A DNA stretch of 64,000 nucleotides from Candidatus Latescibacterota bacterium. GTDB lineage: Bacteria; Latescibacterota; UBA2968; GCA-2709665. Below the pieces are notes generated by a model. It saw nothing but the letters and a program-made list of their open reading frames with translations. It was not told the DNA's origin and made no database searches. Below, piece after piece: positions 10,595 through 19,383 of this stretch. The stretch lies in assembly GCA_965116875.1 (NCBI GenBank), contig OZ220733.1, positions 2,496,001-2,560,000 of the forward strand, in the 5' to 3' direction. The translations under genes and the position numbers were made by a program. The first letter of the stretch is position 1. Each line of letters opens with the position of its first letter.

Positions 10595-11893
10595 TTACTC
10601 TGACGGTACCTCTACAATATAAATATCAAAAGTCGTCTCGGGGTTGGAGAGGAAGGCGACTTTCCCGCCATCAGGCGACCAGGCCGGAAAATACTCCGCA
10701 TTCTCGCGATTCGTCAAGCGCTTGACATTCGTACCGTCGGCGTTCATGACGTAAAGTGGGCCATCTCCCACGGCTGAGTAAACGACTCTGGTTCCGTCCG
10801 CCGACCAAGCGGCATCGACCCACAAATCATCCCAGATATCCTGATTAGTCAGGCGAGAAACCTCGCTGCCGTCGGCATACATCACATACATATCGCCATA
10901 GTTTGTACGGGCATTGTCGCGCCTTGACCAGAAGGTGATTCTGGTTCCGTCAGGCGACCACGCAGGCAGAACACTACCTTCGGTATCCGCGGTGAGTTGC
11001 GTAACCGTTGCCGACACAACATCCACTACGGAAATTACAGCGAACTCGTTTTGATTGGAATCGACTCCTATGGACGTATAGGCGATTTTCTTACTGTCGG
11101 GTGACCAGACCGGAATCAGATCCTGGAAAGTATCGATCGTCAGCCGTGTGAGATCTGAGCCTTCCGGATCCGTCACATAGATTTCGAAGTTCCCGTCCTG
11201 GTTAGAAGAAAAGGCGATCCTGGTGCCGTCAGGTGACCAGGACGGGTATAAATCTTCTGCGTCATTATCTGTAAGACGAGTGAGACCTTCACCATTTGCG
11301 CCTGCCTTATAGATCTCGGCATTCCCATCCTGAGCAGAGGAAAAAGCGATCTGATCACCGTCCGGTGACCAGGCGATGGTCGTGTATGATTCGGTATCGA
11401 CTGCAATCGAAGTGGCCAATCTCAAAGAATCACCACCATCCGCATTCATCACCCACAATTCCGGGTCTTCAAAACCGGAAAGATAAGCAATCTTCCGGCC
11501 GTCCGGAGGTGACCACGTGGGATGTAACTCGATGGTCTCGTTATTCGTCAATCGGGTGAGTTCGGCAACACAGGGTTGACCGAACAACCTCGCGAAGGCC
11601 AGAAAGTCGGCCAGATCAATTGAGCCATTCCTGTCCAGATCCATCGCAGCGTTATAGCCCGCCTCTCCCTTCTGACTGCCAAATGCACCGGCCAGCGCAA
11701 GAAAGTCCGCGAAGTCAATCTGACTGTTGTTGTCGAAGTCACCTGGGCAACCGGAAGCCTGGGTTGCGATAGCCAGGATTGCGAAGAAGACAACTGATCT
11801 GAAAAACAAAGAGGTCTCCCCAATAGCAAGCCGGATACATGCCAATATCGCCTGACCTGCAAATAAAAAAGGTAGTTTCCTTACACAAGTCAT
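10595..11893 (-). CDS. EF-hand/dockerin-like domain + TolB-like PD40 beta-propeller protein
   Basis: GDFDNNSQIDFADFL...DLDRNGSIDLADFL duplicated Ca-binding motif; repeated P(A/S)WSPDG PD40 motifs; start uncertain. Confidence 0.85.
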   Translation of the reverse strand: MTCVRKLPFLFAGQAILACIRLAIGETSLFFRSVVFFAILAIATQASGCPGDFDNNSQIDFADFLALAGAFGSQKGEAGYNAAMDLDRNGSIDLADFLAFARLFGQPCVAELTRLTNNETIELHPTWSPPDGRKIAYLSGFEDPELWVMNADGGDSLRLATSIAVDTESYTTIAWSPDGDQIAFSSAQDGNAEIYKAGANGEGLTRLTDNDAEDLYPSWSPDGTRIAFSSNQDGNFEIYVTDPEGSDLTRLTIDTFQDLIPVWSPDSKKIAYTSIGVDSNQNEFAVISVVDVVSATVTQLTADTEGSVLPAWSPDGTRITFWSRRDNARTNYGDMYVMYADGSEVSRLTNQDIWDDLWVDAAWSADGTRVVYSAVGDGPLYVMNADGTNVKRLTNRENAEYFPAWSPDGGKVAFLSNPETTFDIYIVEVPSE

Positions 11894-12029
11894 TGTATTA
11901 TATTATGGTTAGACAATTAACCAAACAACAATGATCTTGGAAGAAACTACGATGGAACGTCAAGATAATCATCACGGAGTGTCTTTCGCAAGTATTTCGG
12001 GCGAGCAGATAGAAGCAGCCGTCGTCGGG

Positions 12030-12228
12030 GGTCTGCCAGCGATCAGAAAACGCTATGCCGAAGGTTAAAAAGCACAGACACGGATCGCCGTGTTGGGTTG
12101 ATCTGGCGACAGTTGATTTGGCCGGGGCGAGGGCGTTCTACGCCGGGTTATTCGGTTGGGAGTACGTGGATGAGGAGATGGGGGAGATGGACATCGGGGT
12201 TTATTCGATGGCGATGCTGGGCGGGTCG
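12030..12228 (+). repeat. ~200-bp direct repeat, copy 1 (copy 2 at ~13338-13536)
   Basis: Visual alignment, about 90% identical over the VOC 5' region. Confidence 0.85.
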
Positions 12229-12252
12229 ACAAGCCGCCTCCCGAGTCCCTGA
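12055..12252 (+). pseudogene. Truncated VOC/glyoxalase gene (5' fragment)
   Basis: HGSPCWVDLATVDLAGARAFYAGLFGWEY; near-identical to the start of the 13363 copy, then diverges and stops. Confidence 0.75.
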
Positions 12253-12294
12253 GCACAACAGCCGGCGGTCGCGCCGGCCGGAAAGGAAGTTGAT

Positions 12295-13236
12295 TTGACA
12301 AACCCTCCAGCCATCTGGGAGATACCCGAGCCGCTGTCCACGGACAGCGTGAAAATGGACGACGACGCCGTCATCGTCCTGAGACGCCACGGGAATCCGG
12401 CGGGTCCCCGGCTTGTCCTCAGTCACGGGAATGGCCTCGCCATCGACCTCTACTTCCCGTTCTGGTCGTTGCTGGCCGCTGGCTTCGACCTGGTGGTTCA
12501 TGACCTCAGGAACCACGGCTGGAACGAAGTCGGAGCCCTGGAGAACCACCGTTTCGATGCGTTTTCCCGCGACCACGACAGCATCTTCGAAGCGATCGAG
12601 AGGCTCTACGGCGAGAAACCCACGGTGGGCGTCTTCCACTCCATTTCTGCCCTGGCGGCCATGCACCTGCCTTCGAGAGGCAGTCAGTACTCCGCGATGG
12701 TACTGTTCGCGCCGCCTCTGTGCAACAAGGGCTCGGGATACAGGGAGTTCGAGCTGCGGGCGATCCGAACGGGTGACATGCTCAGTTGGAGGGCGCCATG
12801 GTTCAGGGCCCGGGAAGAACTCGCCGAACTTCATACCAACCTCCATTACTTCCAGCACGCTGTGCCGGGCGTCCTGGATCTCATTGCCAGGACGACCCTC
12901 AGGGAGTCCGGGACCGGACAGGGTTTCGAGCTCCGATGCCCTCGCGAGTACGAAGCGCAAATCTGGTATGAAGCCTCGCAACCGGCGGTGTCTGTGGACT
13001 TCGGCTCCCTGCGATGTCCCACCAGGATCGTCGGTTCAGATCCCGCCCTGGATCCGAATCGTCCGAAGTTCGACTACAGCGCCGCCACAGGCGTCGACCA
13101 CGAGATCGTGCCCGGAACCACACACTTTCTGCAGCTCGAGAAACCGGAGGAGTGCGCGGCGGTGATGCTGGACTTCCTGAGCCGGCAGGGCTTTGTCGAG
13201 AGTCCGCGATTGACCGCGGGACACGCGCCGACGTGA
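12295..13236 (+). CDS. Alpha/beta hydrolase
   Basis: SHGNG, HDLRNHG, nucleophile elbow variant FHSIS, THFLQLEKP. Confidence 0.85.
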   Translation: MTNPPAIWEIPEPLSTDSVKMDDDAVIVLRRHGNPAGPRLVLSHGNGLAIDLYFPFWSLLAAGFDLVVHDLRNHGWNEVGALENHRFDAFSRDHDSIFEAIERLYGEKPTVGVFHSISALAAMHLPSRGSQYSAMVLFAPPLCNKGSGYREFELRAIRTGDMLSWRAPWFRAREELAELHTNLHYFQHAVPGVLDLIARTTLRESGTGQGFELRCPREYEAQIWYEASQPAVSVDFGSLRCPTRIVGSDPALDPNRPKFDYSAATGVDHEIVPGTTHFLQLEKPEECAAVMLDFLSRQGFVESPRLTAGHAPT

Positions 13237-13362
13237 CGCGAAACGTCCACTGCCGAATGATCGGTGGACCCGCAGGAGGCCGTGTTCGGTGTACGTGGTT
13301 GGCCGATGGCGATTGATGATGAAAACCAGGTCGACGAGGTCTGCAAGGAATCAGGAAACGCG

Positions 13363-13830
13363 ATGCCGGAGGTTGAAATGTACAGACACGGAACGCCGTG
13401 CTGGGTTGATCTGGCGACAGTTGATTTGGCCGGAGCGAGGGCGTTCTACGCCGGGCTATTCGGTTGGGAGTACGTGGACGAGGAGATGGGGGAGATGGAC
13501 ATCGGGGTTTATTCGATGGCGATGCCGGGCGGGTCCGCGGCGGCGGCGATTTGTGAGTCGGGTCCAGGGCAGATCCGCTCAGACGGGGCCGCGAAGTGGA
13601 ATCTCTACGTCTCGGTGGATGATGTCGACGCCGTCCTCGGACGGGTGGCGGCGAATGGCGGGGCTGTGCTGGCAGGTTCGAGAGACGTGGATCGCGCGGG
13701 TCGGGTGGCGGTGATCGCGGACCCGACGGGTTGTGTGACGACGCTGTGGGAGCCCGGCGAGTTCGTGGGATGCGGAGTGATGTCGGAGGTGGGCGCGTTT
13801 TCCTGGTGTGAGCATCTGAGCACGTACCGG
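13363..13830 (+). pseudogene. VOC/glyoxalase family protein, apparently 3'-truncated
   Basis: HGTPCWVDL...YVSVDDVD...ADPTG...GAFSWCE; homology ends near 13820 and the ORF runs on into the convergent selenoprotein gene to 14004. Confidence 0.65.
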
Positions 13831-13834
13831 AATC

Positions 13835-14572
13835 TCACGCGTTCCCGTCCGTCAGAATCGACACCACCTGCGGGACGGCCTCTTCCACGCATTCATCCAC
13901 TTTATCGCCTTCCATGGGTGCGGTGTGCGCGCGCAGTTCGATATTCCTGTAACCTGCGACGCCGTCAAGGGTACTCGACCAGGCGCCGGCGCCCGAAGGC
14001 CTGAATCTGGCCTCCAACTCCTTTCGTGGATACTCCCATCGCAGGTCCCTGCCGCGGTAGTGGACCCGGTCCCCGTCCTTCACGTCGTGCATCCGCATCC
14101 TGCGGTGTACACCGAAGTGAATCAGCCTGCGATGCGCGTTGTCCGGCTGCGGTCCGGCCTCCTCCCACGCCTCAATCAGGTAGTTTCCCGTCGCATGCGA
14201 CAGCCTGAAACCGTCACCATCTCGTTCGATCATTGGCACCCTGCCCGCGGCCGTGATGTAGGCGGTGGGGACGCCTCTCAACTCGAACTCCAGCATATCG
14301 TGCAAACTGCACGAACTGGCGCCGCATCAGTCCACCACCCCCATGACAAGCCCGTCGCACTCCGGGACGATCTCCTCCACGAGCTTCTTGGTGCAGACGC
14401 GGTAGGGCGATGACTTTTTCCAGGGTCCCACCACAGTCGCGTCGTACTCCGCCGCGAGCCGCTCACCGACGCCATTGAGAACGGCTCCCGCGGTTCGCTT
14501 TCCCGGATCCAGAAGTCCGATCCTGGCGCCGTTCAGGCGGGTCAGTCGGGATGCGGGTTCGATTCTTGACAC
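13835..14572 (-). CDS. UGSC-family-like selenoprotein (Sec at codon 82, DUCGA motif), ~245 aa
   Basis: ORFs 14327..14572 and 13835..14305 are in frame across TGA 14327-14329: GVVD-U-CGASSCSLHDMLEFELRGVPT; GTG start with AGGAG RBS; SECIS-like hairpin follows. Confidence 0.8.
14290..14319 (-). promoter_or_regulatory. Putative bacterial SECIS element
   Basis: CCAG-T-TCGTGC-AGTTT-GCACGA-TATG-CTGG hairpin starting 8 nt after UGA; loop G at +20. Confidence 0.7.
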
Positions 14573-14808
14573 AGGTTTGCTCCTTTCTGATCTTTACCCT
14601 CGGGTTAACGTCCGCAGTGTCAACGTATTGGGAATGTCGCCGGATTCGGTGCGTCCGAGCGCTCCTGCCCTTGACTCCGGTAATATAGCCAATGATCGAT
14701 CAGGTGTCTGCTACAAGTTTGCGTGATCATTCCCGGCGGATGTGGTCCCCCGCATCGCTCGTCGCCTTTGCGCGACCGTAGAATCCGAGCAAATTCGAGG
14801 AGGTCTTT

Positions 14809-15546
14809 ATGTTGACTGGCAAGCAGGTCCGACAGTTTCGGGAAGACGGCTATCTCGTTTTCGAAGCCCTGATACAGGGCGAGCGACTGGCCTATTACAA
14901 GCGGGTGTTCGATGAACTGGTCGCCAAGGGGAGCGAGTTGACCGAGGAGACGCCGCACTGGTCGCTCGAGTTGGACGAACACGGTAATCCACGGGCGGGT
15001 CTATTGCACAAGGTTCAGGGGGTTTGCGTGGTGGATGCCCGTGTGCTGGAACTGGCACGTGAGTCGGCGATTCTGGACCGCGTGGCCGTATTGACCGGTG
15101 AGAATATCGACGTGTTTGGCACCAAGTTCTTTCCGAAGCTGCCCAACGGCGGCACGTCGACAAGCTGGCATCAGGACAATTACTATTTTGGCACCGATAC
15201 GGACCGGATAATCAGTTGTGGAATCTATCTGGAAGATTCAAACGTGGAGAACGGGTGTCTGCGGGTGGTTCCCGGCAGCCACCGGACGGGAAGGATTGTC
15301 GAACACAGCAGGAATCCGGGCAGACATGGCAGCTGGACACAGGTCGATGAATCGCGGGCCGTGGATCTGGTCATTCCGGCTGGTACGGTCGTTCTGTTTT
15401 CCGCCAATCTCCTGCACGGCGCTTATGATAACCACAGCAATCGCACGCGCTACAGCACGGCCTGGCATTATCTGCCGGAGGAACTCAATCCGGACAGGTT
15501 TCCAAAGGGCGTATACGAAGATCGACACGTGGCGCGTACACATTGA
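14809..15546 (+). CDS. Phytanoyl-CoA dioxygenase (PhyH) family Fe/2OG oxygenase
   Basis: FREDGYLV, WHQD, ENGCLRVVPGSH, LLHG, NRTR. Confidence 0.9.
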   Translation: MLTGKQVRQFREDGYLVFEALIQGERLAYYKRVFDELVAKGSELTEETPHWSLELDEHGNPRAGLLHKVQGVCVVDARVLELARESAILDRVAVLTGENIDVFGTKFFPKLPNGGTSTSWHQDNYYFGTDTDRIISCGIYLEDSNVENGCLRVVPGSHRTGRIVEHSRNPGRHGSWTQVDESRAVDLVIPAGTVVLFSANLLHGAYDNHSNRTRYSTAWHYLPEELNPDRFPKGVYEDRHVARTH

Positions 15547-15588
15547 GAAGCGTGGCCGACCGATGCGCCGGGAAGAGTCCTATCTGGG

Positions 15589-16392
15589 TCAGAGCATTTC
15601 CGCAATTTCGTCGAGATACTCTTTAAGGGACAATCCGTGGCTTCTTGCCAAAATCGCCAGCGTGTCGATTCTTGTCCGTTCCCCCTTTTCAATCCTTCGC
15701 ACATGGCGTTCAGAAAGCCCTCGTATATCGGCCTGTATAAGCCCGCACTTCTTGCGCAATTCGGCAACGGCCTCACCGAATCGGAGGTCGTACATCAGTC
15801 TTTCCCGATCCTTTTTCTCACGCCATGTTTCGTCTTTCAGGTAGCGAACAGCATCCAGGTCAATGTGTACATCGACCTCAGGCCAGTGTATATAACTGCC
15901 TTCACTGGAGATGGTAAATGAAGAACGCTGTTGGGATGGAATCCGCTCCAGGGCGGGCATTTCGGCAAAACCCGCTCTGAATAAGGTATGATCACACGCC
16001 ATGACAAAGAGTTCCTCACCTACGACCTGTGCATCGGCAATGAGTTGATCAGGGCATCCAAGGCTCCAAGCCGTTAGCACACGCTTTGGAACATCCTTCG
16101 TCGAATGCACAATAATATGTCGGCTGCTCTTGAGTTTTGCCTCGTAAAGCATCTGCGGCAAAAACTGAGCGTTGCCGTCTTCGCGAACGAATAGGGTTCG
16201 AAGATGGTTCCGCTGATTGGCAGCACGGACAAAATCACTTACCGTAGGAAGATCGGCAACGGAAGTTAATACGAAAATATACCGAGCGTTCACCTCGCTT
16301 TCATCCGGTCTAAAAACGGTGAAAGTGGGCGGAATGATGTCATAGCTAAATTGATCTTGAGCCCAGACAATCATTTCAGCAGTCCTTGCCAT
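15589..16392 (-). CDS. DUF2442-domain + XRE-HTH putative antitoxin with extra N-terminal domain
   Basis: ISSEGSYIHWPEVDVHIDLD (DUF2442) and GEAVAELRKK..LSERHVRRIEKGE (HTH). Confidence 0.75.
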   Translation of the reverse strand: MARTAEMIVWAQDQFSYDIIPPTFTVFRPDESEVNARYIFVLTSVADLPTVSDFVRAANQRNHLRTLFVREDGNAQFLPQMLYEAKLKSSRHIIVHSTKDVPKRVLTAWSLGCPDQLIADAQVVGEELFVMACDHTLFRAGFAEMPALERIPSQQRSSFTISSEGSYIHWPEVDVHIDLDAVRYLKDETWREKKDRERLMYDLRFGEAVAELRKKCGLIQADIRGLSERHVRRIEKGERTRIDTLAILARSHGLSLKEYLDEIAEML

Positions 16393-16402
16393 TTTTGGCT
16401 CC

Positions 16403-16672
16403 TTATATCACTTTGGTTTCCCACTCGGCATAAAGGGCGTCTCTATGCTGAAGCACCAGACTTAACAGTTCTCTCAGCTCTTTGCTTGAAGGGCCTGATC
16501 CCGACGGGGGAAACTTCACATTAAAAGCCAGTTTCTTGCGTTTACACGCACGAAAAAAGACGCGTATCTCCCATTTGTCCGGTTTGCGAGCGTGAAAATG
16601 AGGAGGTTCGTGATCCGAGGAATTGAACCATAAATCCAGGCCTGCCAATTGAAAGCATTCCAACCTTCCCAA
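16403..16672 (-). CDS. DUF4160 family protein (putative toxin)
   Basis: FNSSDHEPPHFHA motif, C-terminal L..EW; TTG start with AGGAG RBS. Confidence 0.8.
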   Translation of the reverse strand: MGRLECFQLAGLDLWFNSSDHEPPHFHARKPDKWEIRVFFRACKRKKLAFNVKFPPSGSGPSSKELRELLSLVLQHRDALYAEWETKVI

Positions 16673-16714
16673 AAGTTGGCTCCTTGCTCTCTACCAGAGA
16701 ACATATCCAAAACC

Positions 16715-16752
16715 GGACAATTGTTCAATTATACACAAAATTAACAATGTCC
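16715..16752. promoter_or_regulatory. Palindromic operator overlapping the -10 (TATAAT, minus strand) of the DUF4160/DUF2442 unit
   Basis: GGACAATTGTTcAATT-atacaca-AAATTAACAATGTCC imperfect inverted repeat. Confidence 0.55.
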
Positions 16753-16857
16753 GCCATCTGGCCGCAATGATTTAGTTTGACGGTAGCTGATCGGCTGCCA
16801 TTAAAATCACTGATTCTCAGGTTATCGTTCAATCCGGAACCATGCCGCCGCGGATGT

Positions 16858-17751
16858 TTATGGTCTGGCCGGACCTGTATCGCGGAGGCCGGGAGGACGC
16901 CACCGCTCGGTGAGCCTTGGGGCGTGCGAGCGTACTGCGATGGATAGCCGCTCCAGCCCGTCGACTTCCACGTCCACGCGGTCCCCGTCGTTGATATTGC
17001 AGAGACCTCCGTGGTGGGTGCCGCACGCGATCACGTCGCCGGGCATGAGGGTGATGTACCGGCTGAGCCAGGCGATCTGCTCAGAGATTGAGTATGCCAT
17101 CGCAGACGTGTTGTAGTCCTGCTGTAATTCATCGTTCAGCCACAGCCGCACCCGTACGTCCTGCGGGTGGGCAATCTCGTCTCTGGTCACGAGTGCGGGG
17201 CCCATCGGCGCCCAGTCATCAATCCCCTTGGAGAGGAAGGTGGTGCGCCGCGCCTGCAGCCCCCGGCAGGACACGTCGATGAAGTTGACGTACCCGAAGA
17301 CGTGGTCCATGGCGTCTTCCCCGGACACATGCCGGGCCTGTCTGCCGATGACGTATGCGATCTCCGGCTCCGGCTGATAGGCCAAAGCGCCTTCCAGATC
17401 GGGTACCTCAATCGTCGTTCCCGTGCCGACGATGCTCGTTGCGCCCTTGTAGAAGAAATCGAGGGCGCCTCTTGTCGCACCCTCCCGTTCCAGGTAGTTC
17501 GAGAACGCGCAGAGCAGGTGGCGCGGTCTCGGCAGCGGCGCCAGGATCCGTACGGAGTCCCTGGGTACGCCCTTCTCGCCCCGTGCCAATTCCTCGAACC
17601 GCGGGCGGTACTCATCGAAGGCTTCGATCACGGCTTCCATGCGCCATTGCGCGGGCTGCTCGGCCAGGCTGCCGAGTGCCGGACTGAGGTCGATGACCCG
17701 GCCATCGTGGAGCAGGCCGCTTCTGGCATCATCGAACAGGACGAGTTTCAT
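16858..17751 (-). CDS. Fumarylacetoacetate hydrolase family protein
   Basis: EPEIAYVIG, VFGYVNFIDVSCR, KGIDDWAPMGP, PGDVIACGT; start re-set to the ATG overlapping the upstream stop. Confidence 0.9.
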   Translation of the reverse strand: MKLVLFDDARSGLLHDGRVIDLSPALGSLAEQPAQWRMEAVIEAFDEYRPRFEELARGEKGVPRDSVRILAPLPRPRHLLCAFSNYLEREGATRGALDFFYKGATSIVGTGTTIEVPDLEGALAYQPEPEIAYVIGRQARHVSGEDAMDHVFGYVNFIDVSCRGLQARRTTFLSKGIDDWAPMGPALVTRDEIAHPQDVRVRLWLNDELQQDYNTSAMAYSISEQIAWLSRYITLMPGDVIACGTHHGGLCNINDGDRVDVEVDGLERLSIAVRSHAPRLTERWRPPGLRDTGPARP

Positions 17752-18674
17752 CCGTTCCCTCCTCCCGAGACAATGTCCTTCGCCGCCCATCCCGGATCAG
17801 GGTCGCCCGCCATCGCCTTCCGAACGTCCGGGCCGGGCGCCCCTGCGGTACCCCACAGATCCGAAGTTTCAGGCGCCCGTTTCCACACCGTGGGTTCGTG
17901 CGTTGCTTCGTCCTCGATGTACTCGATGTCGCTGGAGTATTCGTTCACGTATCCGGCCGGATCCCTGTAGTAGCAGAAGATGTTGTTGCCCGGGCCGTGA
18001 CGCCCCGGTCCCCAGTCGGGTTCCTGTCCCCGGGCGCGCAGGTTGGAGACCCCTTTCATCACCTCGTCCACGTTCGACATCACGTACGCGACGTGGTTGA
18101 CCGACGCGTATTCAGCGCGAGTGAAGACAATGACGTGATGCCTGAGGCCGCATCGCAGGAAGGCCATCCGGTCCTCAATCCGGTCCGAGACCCGAAACCC
18201 GAGAAGATCGGTGTAGAACGCCACGATCTGCTCGAAACACGGCGTGTTGAGACCCACGTGGCACAGCCCGCGGGGGGCGACTTTCCCGGTAGAACGGCCG
18301 TTCGGATATTCGGCCACCCCTGCCGACAGCTCGATGCAGCGGTTCTCCGGATCGAGAAACCGCAGCCCGTAGCCGCCGCCGGGTTCGTCCAGGTCGCCCG
18401 GCTGCGCCACCAGCGTTGTGCCCCGCCGTTCGAGTTCGGCCGCCGCCGCGTCAATCGCTTCGCGCCCGTCAAGGCTGAAGGCCAGGTGGTGGAGCCCACG
18501 CCGGTCGGCCGGATGCAGGCTGAGAACGTGACGCCCGGTCGACGCGGCGCGGAGATATCGAGCGTGCCGGTCTTCTCCGGCCGACTGGAGTCCCCAGACC
18601 TCGAGGTAGTAGTTCGTGTGGGCGGCGATCGCCGGCGACAGCAGCCCCACGTGGCGGATGTCCCGGATTTTCAT
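17748..18674 (-). CDS. VOC-family extradiol ring-cleavage dioxygenase
   Basis: Two VOC domains; GLHHLAF, HVGL, NHVAY, WGPGRHGPGNNIFCYYRDPAG..EY. Confidence 0.88.
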   Translation of the reverse strand: MKIRDIRHVGLLSPAIAAHTNYYLEVWGLQSAGEDRHARYLRAASTGRHVLSLHPADRRGLHHLAFSLDGREAIDAAAAELERRGTTLVAQPGDLDEPGGGYGLRFLDPENRCIELSAGVAEYPNGRSTGKVAPRGLCHVGLNTPCFEQIVAFYTDLLGFRVSDRIEDRMAFLRCGLRHHVIVFTRAEYASVNHVAYVMSNVDEVMKGVSNLRARGQEPDWGPGRHGPGNNIFCYYRDPAGYVNEYSSDIEYIEDEATHEPTVWKRAPETSDLWGTAGAPGPDVRKAMAGDPDPGWAAKDIVSGGGNG

Positions 18675-18675
18675 C

Positions 18676-19383
18676 TCAGTGTCCTGCTGGATTTCCGGTG
18701 GGTTGCGCTCCGGATTTCTTCCGTGTCAAATCGATCTTCAGGTCCCGTCGAATGTAGATTTCGATGAACTCACGCAGCCACACCTCCTTCGCATGCGTGA
18801 ATCGCTCGATCAGTTTCTGTCTGGGCGCATCCGTGAGGTAGACGATGCGCCACAGGTTAAGAGGTCGCAATTCACTGCCATCGACCGCGTGCTCAACGTG
18901 AAAGAGAGGCTGTCCTTCGCCCGCCCGAAGCAGGTTCCCGCCTTCGTCGAGGAGATCCGCCGTCCCGATGAAGGTGGCGCTCTGCCGGACGGGGTTGAGG
19001 AAGACCTGTTCGAGGACCAGCCCGCGCTCGGACGGCTTCAGCCAGAGGCGCTGCAATGAGCATCGCACGAAGGATTCGGCGCCGTTGGCAGCAGCCTGCC
19101 GGCGCCAATATCGAGAGCTGCCCGCCGTTACGACCGAGGGAATATAGAGATCGGGCCGGAACGCCTTTTTCACCTCCATGTCCCATAGCATGCTCCGGGT
19201 AAACCCAAGCGGCTTGCTCGTGCGGTAATGCCGGGCGAGCACCATGTTGATATCAACCGGAGACAACTCGACCCGGGTGTTGGCGGGATCAGCCCAGGCA
19301 CGCTCGAATTCTTCCTCATGATTCAGCCGGGCGACAGGCCTCGATGCTTCCCCGGTTTCGCCGGTGCGTTTAGGGACTCCCAC
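18676..19383 (-). CDS. Hypothetical protein, possibly AtaL/DUF1857 START-fold
   Basis: FTRSMLWDMEVKKAFRPDLYIP resembles the AtaL N-terminal motif; operonic overlap with neighbours. Confidence 0.55.
   Translation of the reverse strand: MGVPKRTGETGEASRPVARLNHEEEFERAWADPANTRVELSPVDINMVLARHYRTSKPLGFTRSMLWDMEVKKAFRPDLYIPSVVTAGSSRYWRRQAAANGAESFVRCSLQRLWLKPSERGLVLEQVFLNPVRQSATFIGTADLLDEGGNLLRAGEGQPLFHVEHAVDGSELRPLNLWRIVYLTDAPRQKLIERFTHAKEVWLREFIEIYIRRDLKIDLTRKKSGAQPTGNPAGH

Noticed and set aside
8800-12000. Integron cassette array in the AT-rich block
   Set aside because: No convincing RYYYAAC...GTTRRRY attC sites, genes in mixed orientation, no integrase
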